Shown here: positions 8,758 through 17,813 of the stretch, one piece after another
Layout of the letters: the number at the start of each line of letters is the position of its first letter
Numbering within the stretch: position 1 is the first letter of the stretch
Assembly (NCBI GenBank): GCA_947085655.1
Contig: CAMTXH010000009.1
Span: 3,738 to 67,737, forward strand
Source: an uncultured Omnitrophica bacterium
GTDB lineage: Bacteria > Omnitrophota > Gorgyraeia > JACQQV01
Length of the DNA: 64,000 nucleotides
Reading direction: 5' to 3'
Notes under the pieces: generated by a model
Told to the model about the DNA's origin: nothing
Databases searched by the model: none
What the model saw: only the letters and a program-made list of their open reading frames with translations
Made by a program: the position numbers and the translations under genes

Positions 8758-9615
8758 ATGTACGAGAAATTTTACGGCTTCAAGGAAAATCCCTTCCGGA
8801 TGACGCCGGATTCGAAGTTTTTCTATCCGAGCGCCAAGCATACGGAGGCCCTCTCGAGTCTTCTCTATACCATTCAGCAGCGGAAAGGGTTTGTGGTAAT
8901 CACGGGAGAGATTGGGGCGGGCAAGACCACCGTCTGTCAGGCCCTGATCCGAAAACTGGACTTAAACACCAGGATCGCGCGGATTTTCAACACCCATCTG
9001 ACCAGTCGGGAGCTTTTGATCGCCATCCTTGAGGACCTGGAAGTGACTTACAAGCCGGGAACCAAGGGACGGCTCCTTTCCCAACTGTATGATTACCTGA
9101 TTCACCAGGCCTTCAGCGGAACCAATGTCGTCATCCTCATCGACGAGGCGCAGAATCTGACCCCCACGGTCCTCGAAGAGGTCCGGATGCTCTCTAATTT
9201 GGAGACGGAAAAGGAGAAACTGATTCAGATTGTGCTGGTAGGACAGCCGCAGCTGAAAACGAAGCTCCAGCTCCCGAAACTGGAACAGCTCCGGCAGCGG
9301 GTTGTCCTCCATTATCATTTGGAACCCTTGAACGTGCAGGAAACGAAGGAGTATGTCCGGCACCGCCTCTCCATCGTGGGCGGGAAACCGGAACTTTTTG
9401 AAGAGGAGGCGCTTGACCGGGTCTATGCCTTTTCAAGAGGAGTCCCCCGGCTCGTCAATTTAATCTGTGACAGCGCACTTCTTTCTGGCTTTCTCTACAA
9501 CGCACTGACCGTGACCCGGAAGATCCTGGATGAAGTGATTCAGGAGGCACCGTTCCAGAGAGGAAAGGCGTCGGAGATGATTGAACAAGGAGGAACGATC
9601 CAGTGGGCAAAATGA
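8758..9615 (+). CDS. ExeA/GspA-family AAA ATPase of PEP-CTERM loci
   Basis: MYEKFYGFKENPF, Walker A GEIGAGKT, Walker B ILIDEAQ, LVGQPQL, GVPRLVN. Confidence 0.9.
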   Translation: MYEKFYGFKENPFRMTPDSKFFYPSAKHTEALSSLLYTIQQRKGFVVITGEIGAGKTTVCQALIRKLDLNTRIARIFNTHLTSRELLIAILEDLEVTYKPGTKGRLLSQLYDYLIHQAFSGTNVVILIDEAQNLTPTVLEEVRMLSNLETEKEKLIQIVLVGQPQLKTKLQLPKLEQLRQRVVLHYHLEPLNVQETKEYVRHRLSIVGGKPELFEEEALDRVYAFSRGVPRLVNLICDSALLSGFLYNALTVTRKILDEVIQEAPFQRGKASEMIEQGGTIQWAK

Positions 9616-10427
9616 CGGAAATTCTCAAAAAAATTGCGGAAGAGAGACTTTCGCACATCGAACGGAAGGCGGAGGCGACACCGGGTTACATTCTGACCCA
9701 GCGGGCCGACTCGAAAATCGACCCCCGAATCGTCACCTTTCATGAACCGAATTCGCCGATTGCGGAACAGTATAAGATGCTTCGGACCAATATCCTCACG
9801 ATATCGGCCAAGCGGCATCTCAAGTCATTCGTGGTTTCAAGCACGATTCACGGCGAAGGAAAAACCGTGACTTCCGCCAATTTGGCATTTGTACTGGCGG
9901 AAGATCTGAATGCCAAATCGGTTCTTCTGGTGGATGCGGATATGAGGAAGGGGCGCGTCTCCCGGCTTTTGGGTTTGGGACCGCGAAAGGGGCTTTCAGA
10001 CATCCTATCGAACGGGACCCCTTTTCACGAGGGGTTGGTGGATATCGGCGTGAAGAATCTGACGGTCCTTCCAAGCGGCATGGTTCCCACGAATCCGTCC
10101 GAACTTCTCGGCTCGACCAAGATGAACCGATTCATTCAGGAACTTCGGGGACGCTTTGACATGATCGTGTTCGATACCCCTCCTGTCATGAGCGTGACCG
10201 ATCCCGGCGTGCTGGGTGCGCAGTGCGACGGCGTGTTCATGATCGTTCAGGCGGGACGGACGCAGCGGACGAGCGTCCAGCATGCGGAGCATCTCCTCAC
10301 CCACGCACACGCCAAGATTCTCGGATATATCGTCACCAACGTCGAATACCATCTCCCCGAATACATCTACCGATACGTCGAAAGAGAACCCTATGCGGAA
10401 CCGACCATTGTTCCTGCGGCCTCATAG
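9603..10427 (+). CDS. BY-kinase (CpsD/CapB-type tyrosine kinase)
   Basis: EQYKMLRTN, GEGKT, LLVDADMR, FDTPP, C-terminal Tyr cluster. Confidence 0.9.
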   Translation: MGKMTEILKKIAEERLSHIERKAEATPGYILTQRADSKIDPRIVTFHEPNSPIAEQYKMLRTNILTISAKRHLKSFVVSSTIHGEGKTVTSANLAFVLAEDLNAKSVLLVDADMRKGRVSRLLGLGPRKGLSDILSNGTPFHEGLVDIGVKNLTVLPSGMVPTNPSELLGSTKMNRFIQELRGRFDMIVFDTPPVMSVTDPGVLGAQCDGVFMIVQAGRTQRTSVQHAEHLLTHAHAKILGYIVTNVEYHLPEYIYRYVEREPYAEPTIVPAAS

Positions 10428-10454
10428 GGAAAACCTAAAGACAAGGGGAGAGTC

Positions 10455-11945
10455 ATGGCAGCGTTTCCGACGCTTGACGAACCGATTACAGAATTAACAG
10501 AATTAAGAGAGAAGACCCTCTCCGGCATGAAATGGGTTTTTCTCTCCAGTTTCAGCCAGAGGGTTATCGGTCTGGTCACGACCATTTTCCTCGCCCGCCT
10601 CCTCATGCCTTCCGAATTCGGACTCTTTGCCCTCGCTTTTGTCATGATCGACGGGTTCGGGCTTTTCAAGAGTCTCGGTTTTGACACGGCGCTTCTCCGC
10701 TGGCAGGGAAAGGATGCGGAGGAAGCGGCCGACACCGCCTTCCTTCTGGTCCCCTTTTTCGGAATGACGCTCACCCTCACTCTCCATTTCTTCGCCCCTT
10801 ACGGCGCATCCCTTCTCGGAAACCCGGAGGTGACACCGGTCATCCGGATGCTCGCCTTCATTTTTATCTTCAGTTGTCTTGCCCAGGTGCCGGGCGCGCT
10901 CATCCAAAAACGCTTGGATTTCTGGCAAAAGGCGACTCCCGAAATTGCAGCCGGTATCCTTTATTCCGTCTCGGCCGTAACGTTCGCCTTTCGGGGGTTC
11001 GGCGTCTGGAGTCTGGTTTATGCGTATCTTTTGAAAACAATCCTTTACATGTCGATGATCTGGATCTTTGCCGGCTGGAGGCCCCGCTTCCGCTTCCGTC
11101 CGCATTTGGCGGCGGAGATGTTTCAATTCGGGAAATTCATCTTTCTCGGGAGTCTTCTGGGATTTCTGCGGAATAATCTTGATAATTTCGTCGTCGGAAA
11201 AATGATCGGATTGAGCGCACTCGGTTATTACGCAATCGCCTTTAATCTCGCTGCCTTTCTCTCACAGCACCTTATTACCCGGATGCAGGGGGTCTTTTTT
11301 CCCGTTTTTTCCAAAATCCAGGAGGATACGGAGGTTCTGCGGCGCGGTTTTCTGAAGTCGTTCAAAATGACTTCGATCGTTGCAATTCCATTTAGCCTCT
11401 TTCTGCTGATCGCAGGGCCGAATTTCCTGGAGACGGTCTATGGCAGCAAATGGGCCCCTGCCGGACCGGTTCTCCGGATCCTCGCTTTGGCGGGGCTCTT
11501 CCGGGCCCTCGGCGGAATCATGAGCCCCGTCTTTCTGGCGAAGGGAAGATCACGCCTTGATTTTGTGTTGAATATCCTTCAGGCAATTCTTTTCTTCCTC
11601 TTAATGATTCCGGCAGCGCACTTTTTCGGACTGGAGGGGGTGGGGGTATCGGTTTTAGTCTCCTCCCTTGCCGCTTTTGTCCTCGGGGCGGTGCGGCTTC
11701 GGCAGATTATCCAAATTTCCATCAAGCAGATGCTGTTACTGATGAAACCGGCCTTTGTCGGTTCAGGGGTGATGCTGGCCGTCTTTGGCGCTCTTTCGGC
11801 AGGGAGATCTTTGCTTGGGTATCTCACCGCCCCCGCGGCCGTAACCGCCTTCATCGTTGTCTGCGGTTTGTCCGGCATCGTTTACTTTTTATCGGTGTTG
11901 GTGCTTGATCGGGATGTACGGATCGAAGTGAGGAGAATTGTCTGA
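10455..11945 (+). CDS. wzx: Wzx-type flippase
   Basis: LARLLMPSEFGLFA, LDNFVVGKMIG...LGYY; many TM segments. Confidence 0.88.
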   Translation: MAAFPTLDEPITELTELREKTLSGMKWVFLSSFSQRVIGLVTTIFLARLLMPSEFGLFALAFVMIDGFGLFKSLGFDTALLRWQGKDAEEAADTAFLLVPFFGMTLTLTLHFFAPYGASLLGNPEVTPVIRMLAFIFIFSCLAQVPGALIQKRLDFWQKATPEIAAGILYSVSAVTFAFRGFGVWSLVYAYLLKTILYMSMIWIFAGWRPRFRFRPHLAAEMFQFGKFIFLGSLLGFLRNNLDNFVVGKMIGLSALGYYAIAFNLAAFLSQHLITRMQGVFFPVFSKIQEDTEVLRRGFLKSFKMTSIVAIPFSLFLLIAGPNFLETVYGSKWAPAGPVLRILALAGLFRALGGIMSPVFLAKGRSRLDFVLNILQAILFFLLMIPAAHFFGLEGVGVSVLVSSLAAFVLGAVRLRQIIQISIKQMLLLMKPAFVGSGVMLAVFGALSAGRSLLGYLTAPAAVTAFIVVCGLSGIVYFLSVLVLDRDVRIEVRRIV

Positions 11946-12373
11946 TGCAGCCGACGGTGAGCGTGATTCTACCCACTTACGACAGACCCCGTTTTTTGAA
12001 GGAAGCGATCCAGAGCGTTAAAGATCAGACGTTTTCCGACTGGGAACTGATTGTGGTGGACAATGCCTCGGGGCCGGAAACGAAAAAGGTCGTTGATTCA
12101 TTTTCACCCGATCCACGGATCTGTTATCTGCGGCGCAACAGACCGGGAACGGCCGCAACGGCCCGCAACCAAGGGATAACCGAAGCCAGAGGACGTTATC
12201 TCGCTTTTTTGGATGACGACGAAGTGTGTTGTGATTCGAAACGGATGTGGGTTCGATACCACTATAGCCGCACCTCACCCAATTTTTCGATTCGGAGACG
12301 TCTGCGTCGCTGGTGGGAGAAGGGCACCTCGCACATCCTGAAAGGAGCAAGGACCTTATGCCGCGCCACCTGA
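11945..12373 (+). pseudogene. Truncated or internally deleted GT2 glycosyltransferase
   Basis: GT2 N-terminus (VSVILPTY, IVVDNAS, ARNQG, YLAFLDDD), then loss of similarity and a stop after only 142 aa. Confidence 0.6.
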
Positions 12374-14589
12374 ATCATCCGACCGCGGCGATCTTGACCT
12401 TAGGCGCCCCGCAGAGTCTTTGCATCGCTCGGAGTCTCGGTCGTCGGGGAATTCCGGTCATCGGATTGGATGGGAATCCCCGGAGCATGGGGGTTTTTTC
12501 ACGATACTGCCACCCTGTCCTTTTGCCGGCTCTGGGAAAAAATCCGGAAGCATGGCTTGAAACCCTTGTTTCGGAAGGGAAAAAAAGAGAAACGCCCGCT
12601 GTTTTATTTCCCTGCAACGACGCAAGTGTCCTTTGGGTTGCGGAGCACCGGGAGGCCCTTGAGACCTATTACCGTTTCCGAATTTCCCCTCTTGAGGTCG
12701 TTCGGCTCATTTTGAATAAACCCCGGATGACCGCGCATGCCAAATCACTCGGTCTTTCAGTTCCGCGCCATCTCATGCTGGAGCGAAAAGAGGATCTGGA
12801 GAGGGTGGCGGGGGAAATCGGTTTTCCCTGCGGCATCAAGCCGGTTTACAGTCATGAATGGAAACACCATTTCTCAACCGACAAACTGCTCTCCGTTTCC
12901 TCAACAACGGAGTTAGAAAAAGAGTATTCCAAACTGGAGCGGACCGCCCTGAAATTTTTTGTGACGGAGCTGATCCCCGGGGAGGATCGGGACCTCTTTG
13001 GGCTGTATACGCATCTCGATCGGAACGGAAAACCGCTCTATCTTTACACCTGCCGGAAACTCCGGCAATATCCGCCCTATTTCGGAAACGGATCGCTCCG
13101 CGAAGGGATTGACGAACCGGCCGTCTCGGCGCTTGGGTTCTCCCTTCTGGCGAAAATCGGGTGCAGGGGACTTGCGCATGTCGAGTTTAAATGGGACCGG
13201 CGGGACGAAAGTTGGAAACTCATCGAGGTCAATCCCCGTGCCACCATCGCCTTGCCCCTCGTGGCGGGAAGCGGAATCGACGCACCGTATCTCGCATACC
13301 GGGATGCCTTGGATCAACCGGTAGAGCCGCAGGAGGTCAAAACCTATCGGAGGAAACTTTTGTATTTGGTGGAGGACATCGATGCCTTCCGTGCCTACCA
13401 CAGGGAAGGGAAACTCTCCTGGGGCGGATGGCTTCGGTCCCTGTGGGGGGCGAATGTCTTCGGGATTTTCGCCTGGGATGACCCGATGCCGTTTCTCCGA
13501 TTGGTTGCGTATCGAATGGGGCGGGCCGCGCGGAGTCTCCTCAAGAGGTGGAGCCCGGAGAGTATTCACCGCCCCCGACATCTCCTTTTTCGACGGTTCA
13601 TCAAGGTCTGTTTGTCCTACTGCCTCTTCTATAGCGGGATTCTATGGATCCGCCGCTTCCAAAGACAGAAGGAAGGGGAGTTCCGGATTCTTGTGTATCA
13701 CCATATCACGGAAAAAGAAGATCATTCGGGTCTGCCGGCGTCCGTCTTCAAGAAACAGATTGCCTGGATTCAGAAACATTATGCGGTCATATCCCTCAGT
13801 GAACTCCTTCTTCGAAAGAAACAAAGTCTTCCGTTACCCGAGCGGGCGATGGCGATTACCTTTGACGACGGGTACAGTGACTTCGTAACCAGGGCTTATC
13901 CGGTTTTGAAGGAGGCGGGACTTTCGGCGACGCTTTTTGTGGTGATTGACTGCCTGGAACAGAAACCCCTTTGGACCGAGTCTTTAAAAGTCTGGTTTGA
14001 CCTTACTTCCCGCAAACGGCTTGATTTTTCCTTAAACGGCGAGACATACTCCTTGCCGCTTGGAAATGACCGTGAAAAAAGAGAAGCGCGGGAAACACTC
14101 AAGGGCAAACTGAAGCGGGTGAAAAACGGTGAGCGGCTCATTCTGATGGAAAAAATAAAAAAGGAACTTTTGGGCGAAAAAGAAGACGGATTCCCGACCG
14201 GGATGCTGATTTGGGAAGATATCTTGAAACTTTCGGAGGACGGTGTCGAAGTTGGTGCACATACGTTGAGCCATCCGATCCTGACGCAGATTTCGGAAAA
14301 GGAGGCCCGGCACGAGATTACAGAGTCCAAGAAAAGACTCGAGGCGCGTCTTGGGAAACCGGTACAGATTTTTTCTTACCCGAACGGAGAGATCGGCGAT
14401 TTCAACGAGTCGGTGGAGCGGATTGTCAGGGACGCCGGGTTTTTAGGTGCCTGCACCGCCATTGAAGGAAAAAATGATGCTTCGAGCAATCCGTTTACCC
14501 TGAGGCGGCTCGGGACATGGGAGCGGTCGCTCCCTGTGTTTGCCTGCATGCTTGAGGGCTGCTTTGACCTGTTTCAAAGGAGACCATGA
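12358..14589 (+). CDS. ATP-grasp ligase fused to a polysaccharide deacetylase
   Basis: N-half IARSLGRRG, FPCGIKP, ELIPG, KLRQYP, HVEFKWD, LIEVNPR; C-half ILVYH, ITFDDGY, GAHTLSHP, FSYPNG. ATG at 12358 after an RBS. Confidence 0.85.
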   Translation: MPRHLNHPTAAILTLGAPQSLCIARSLGRRGIPVIGLDGNPRSMGVFSRYCHPVLLPALGKNPEAWLETLVSEGKKRETPAVLFPCNDASVLWVAEHREALETYYRFRISPLEVVRLILNKPRMTAHAKSLGLSVPRHLMLERKEDLERVAGEIGFPCGIKPVYSHEWKHHFSTDKLLSVSSTTELEKEYSKLERTALKFFVTELIPGEDRDLFGLYTHLDRNGKPLYLYTCRKLRQYPPYFGNGSLREGIDEPAVSALGFSLLAKIGCRGLAHVEFKWDRRDESWKLIEVNPRATIALPLVAGSGIDAPYLAYRDALDQPVEPQEVKTYRRKLLYLVEDIDAFRAYHREGKLSWGGWLRSLWGANVFGIFAWDDPMPFLRLVAYRMGRAARSLLKRWSPESIHRPRHLLFRRFIKVCLSYCLFYSGILWIRRFQRQKEGEFRILVYHHITEKEDHSGLPASVFKKQIAWIQKHYAVISLSELLLRKKQSLPLPERAMAITFDDGYSDFVTRAYPVLKEAGLSATLFVVIDCLEQKPLWTESLKVWFDLTSRKRLDFSLNGETYSLPLGNDREKREARETLKGKLKRVKNGERLILMEKIKKELLGEKEDGFPTGMLIWEDILKLSEDGVEVGAHTLSHPILTQISEKEARHEITESKKRLEARLGKPVQIFSYPNGEIGDFNESVERIVRDAGFLGACTAIEGKNDASSNPFTLRRLGTWERSLPVFACMLEGCFDLFQRRP

Positions 14590-15251
14590 TGGCTACCGAA
14601 CGACTCGTTCAGAAGTTGTCGATTGTCACTTTGGTATTGATCGGCATCCATGTCGTCAATCTGTTAGCGGGAGGCCCGAGTTGGCAGGTGGAGCGACTTT
14701 TTCATCTGGGGTTGGAGGGGAATCTGGTGACATGGTTTTCGAGTCTTCTCTGGGCTTTGGCGGCCCTTGCCGCCTATCAATGTTTCCAGGCATCTGCCGA
14801 ACCGCTCGAGCGTCGACTGTGGCGTTGGATGTCGGCCGGAATGCTCGTGTTGTCCATCGATGAAGTGGCGATGATCCATGAGTCCTTCGGACATGCGTTA
14901 TCCAAACATTTTCTTTCTCCCGTTGTAAAAGAGACCTTTCGGGCAACGGTATGGCCTGTTGTGTTGGGGCCGCTGGTCCTTTTTACCGTTATCGTTTTCA
15001 GTGTTGCAATTTGGTATTGCGTGAGGGAATCTGTCCCCGCAGGACGCCGGATTTTCCTGGGTGTTTTGATGATGCTTCTTGGCGGTTGGTTCCTTGAAAC
15101 AACGACCAACTTTTTAAATCACGGTCCGCTCGAATGGCTCTGGCAGGTCGAAATCATTGCGGAGGAGAGCCTGGAGATGTTCGGCGTCATTGTCCTTTTT
15201 TCAGGACTGTTAATCCATCAAAAATTTTTGAAGCGTCAGCTGGAGGATTGA
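14586..15251 (+). CDS. Integral membrane protein of unknown function
   Basis: About 6 TM segments; LEGN..TWFSS, SIDE...IHE and EESLEM motifs typical of EPS-locus membrane proteins. Confidence 0.7.
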   Translation: MMATERLVQKLSIVTLVLIGIHVVNLLAGGPSWQVERLFHLGLEGNLVTWFSSLLWALAALAAYQCFQASAEPLERRLWRWMSAGMLVLSIDEVAMIHESFGHALSKHFLSPVVKETFRATVWPVVLGPLVLFTVIVFSVAIWYCVRESVPAGRRIFLGVLMMLLGGWFLETTTNFLNHGPLEWLWQVEIIAEESLEMFGVIVLFSGLLIHQKFLKRQLED

Positions 15252-15252
15252 A

Positions 15253-17115
15253 ATGCCCGGTGTGATTGGATATGCAAGCACGGAACCCATAGATCGGCGG
15301 TTGCTTGAGGCGATGGCGCAGCCGATGCGGCACCGTCCCTGCTACCGGATCCATCTCCGTCCAGGAGAGACTTTTTCGATCGGAACGATTGATTTGGAAG
15401 CGGGTCGTCAATCGAGCATCGCCGAGTCGGCGGATGGAACGGCGATCTTGGCTGTCTTCGGCACGCTTTATGAACCGTGGGCCACGGAGGGGAACGGATT
15501 GGCCAAACAACTTCTCGCCAAATGGAAGAGTGGGGGTATGAGGGCCCTTCGGGATTTGAACGGCGAGTATGTCATTGCGATTTGGAACCGCCCCGAGCGA
15601 CGCCTCACCCTTATCAATGACCGGTTGGGGCTCAAGCGTCTTGCCCTCCGGAAGAAGGGAAAGATGTTCGCATGGGCTTCCGAGGTGAAGAGTCTCGCCG
15701 TGATACCTGAGGTGAGCCGTGCAATCGATGAACAGGCCCTTTCGGAACTTCTCACCTTCGGGCATCTTCAGGATGAGCGGACGCTTTTGCGGGATGTGAC
15801 ACTCCTTCCTCCGGCGTCCATCCTTACTTGGCAGGAAGGGAAAGTGTCGATCGAGCGGTATTGGAGATACACTTTCCGGGCCGATCCCCGGCTCGAGGAG
15901 ACCGAGAAAGCCGCTTCGGAATTTGCGGACCGGGTTCTTCTTGCGGTAGACCGGCGGATCCGGAACCGGAAACGGATCGGGCTTCTTTTAAGCGGCGGGT
16001 TGGATTCGCGGACGCTTGCCGGTATGATCCGGGAACTTCGTCCCAAAGATCCTTTTTTCACCTGGACGACTGGTCATAGCCACGCGCACGATGTGCGATT
16101 TGGGGCAGAGATTGCAAGGGTTATCGGAAGCCGCCATACAACGGTTGAGATTCCGGAGACATTTCTTCAGGATTTTGGCCCGCATTACGCTTGGGTGTTG
16201 GACGGTATGGTCACGACACACGGTGCCCACCGGACATGCGTGCTGGAAGCCCTTGCAAGGGAGACCGATGTGGCATTGATCGGGTTTTTGGGGGATATTC
16301 TGAGCGGCGACCGTCCGTTAAATAAGTTGACGCACATCAGTACCCTGGAGCATTTGATCGACGTCGGCTATCGCTATTATGCGGTCGGCTTTGATGATGC
16401 TCTTTTTGAGAAGACGCTTCGTCCGGAAGTTTTTCGCCGGATCCGGGGCTTGGCAAAAGAGACGTTTGCCAAATCAGTCCAAGAAGCACCGGTAGAAAAT
16501 CTCGCCGATCGGGTGGTCTATACGGAATTGATACAACGGCAGCGACTTTGGAATCCCCTCGCCATGATGGATCTCATGGGAATTGACTGTCATGTGGCAA
16601 CCCCCTTTGTGGACCGGGACTTTGTCGATTTTGCCCTCACGTTGCCGCTTGGCCAGCGTTTTGGAAAAAAGGCGTATCTTGGGATGCTCTGCAAGATGTT
16701 TCCGAAACTGGCCCGTGTTCCGAGGTCGGGGGACGGACTTCCCCTGGTTCATTCCCGGCTCCGGGCAGGCCTCCATTGGCGATGGGTTTTGTTTCATCGG
16801 CATGTCCTTCCCAAACTGACAGGGGGGCTTCTCGGAGGACACAATTACGCGACTTATGTCCACTGTGCGGAGTGGTTCCGGAAGGCGAACCGCTCCTTTA
16901 TCGAGAGGACCTTGGTGAACAGCCCTTATTTGGAGACGCATTTCCGGATGGAAACGGTTAACCGGCTGGTGCAGGACTTTTTGGAGGAGCGCGGCGGACG
17001 GGATTTGATGGAACCGATCGCAGCGCTGATGAGTTTTGTCCTCTTCCGACAACAGTTGGAACGGTTGGCCCGTTACGCTCCCCAACCCCAAAAAGAGGAA
17101 ATACTCGTTCGATGA
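15253..17115 (+). CDS. Asparagine synthetase (AsnB)-like protein lacking the N-terminal Cys
   Basis: LNGEY, NDRLGLK, WASEVK, LLSGGLDSR, TPFVD; starts MPG rather than MCG. Confidence 0.85.
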   Translation: MPGVIGYASTEPIDRRLLEAMAQPMRHRPCYRIHLRPGETFSIGTIDLEAGRQSSIAESADGTAILAVFGTLYEPWATEGNGLAKQLLAKWKSGGMRALRDLNGEYVIAIWNRPERRLTLINDRLGLKRLALRKKGKMFAWASEVKSLAVIPEVSRAIDEQALSELLTFGHLQDERTLLRDVTLLPPASILTWQEGKVSIERYWRYTFRADPRLEETEKAASEFADRVLLAVDRRIRNRKRIGLLLSGGLDSRTLAGMIRELRPKDPFFTWTTGHSHAHDVRFGAEIARVIGSRHTTVEIPETFLQDFGPHYAWVLDGMVTTHGAHRTCVLEALARETDVALIGFLGDILSGDRPLNKLTHISTLEHLIDVGYRYYAVGFDDALFEKTLRPEVFRRIRGLAKETFAKSVQEAPVENLADRVVYTELIQRQRLWNPLAMMDLMGIDCHVATPFVDRDFVDFALTLPLGQRFGKKAYLGMLCKMFPKLARVPRSGDGLPLVHSRLRAGLHWRWVLFHRHVLPKLTGGLLGGHNYATYVHCAEWFRKANRSFIERTLVNSPYLETHFRMETVNRLVQDFLEERGGRDLMEPIAALMSFVLFRQQLERLARYAPQPQKEEILVR

Positions 17116-17813
17116 ACGCCTTGACGCAGTTTGAACGGGGATGGCGCTGTTTCAAAGAGGAGGGGCCGACAGAAACGTTTTACCGGTTGCTTCACCGGCT
17201 CCGTCTGGTTTCCGTGCATCACGCACTCGACATCTACCTGAAAGAGATGGGGGAGGGCCCGGAAAAGCATCTGGCCGATGAAGGATTGCATCTGAACTTT
17301 CGGGAGATATTTCCGGATGAAATTGAGCGTTTCAGATATCCGGAAGAATTCCGATTCTTTGACGGCTCCTCTCCTATCCAGCTCATGCAGAAAGTTTTTA
17401 CCGAGAAGATGCGTTTCTTTGCCGCATTGGATGGGGATCTTTTGATTGCTTTAAACGGTGTGAATACAAAAATTGCGAACCTCTGGTCTTTGAAGAAACA
17501 GTCGTTGCCTCTTCCGGGGGGGACCGTCTATTTGGACAATGCCATGACCGCCCCGCAATACCGGCGCCGGGGAATCGGGAGCGCTCTCCGTTCCTATATG
17601 ATGCATCTCCTTCGCGAGGAAGGGTATCGACGCGTGATTCTTGCCACGCACCCTGACAATAAAGGCGCCGCCCGTTGGCAGGAATCCCAGGGGTTTCAGC
17701 GTTGGGGTAGGATCCGGTATCTGAAATGGCGGGGGAAAGATATATGGAAGTATGAGTGGACGCCGTTGGGACGGCGTGAACCCAATCTGATCCCGAATGG
17801 ACGATTCAAATGA
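17112..17813 (+). CDS. GNAT-family acyltransferase
   Basis: TAPQYRRRGIG acetyl-CoA motif, DNKGA...GF. Confidence 0.85.
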   Translation: MNALTQFERGWRCFKEEGPTETFYRLLHRLRLVSVHHALDIYLKEMGEGPEKHLADEGLHLNFREIFPDEIERFRYPEEFRFFDGSSPIQLMQKVFTEKMRFFAALDGDLLIALNGVNTKIANLWSLKKQSLPLPGGTVYLDNAMTAPQYRRRGIGSALRSYMMHLLREEGYRRVILATHPDNKGAARWQESQGFQRWGRIRYLKWRGKDIWKYEWTPLGRREPNLIPNGRFK

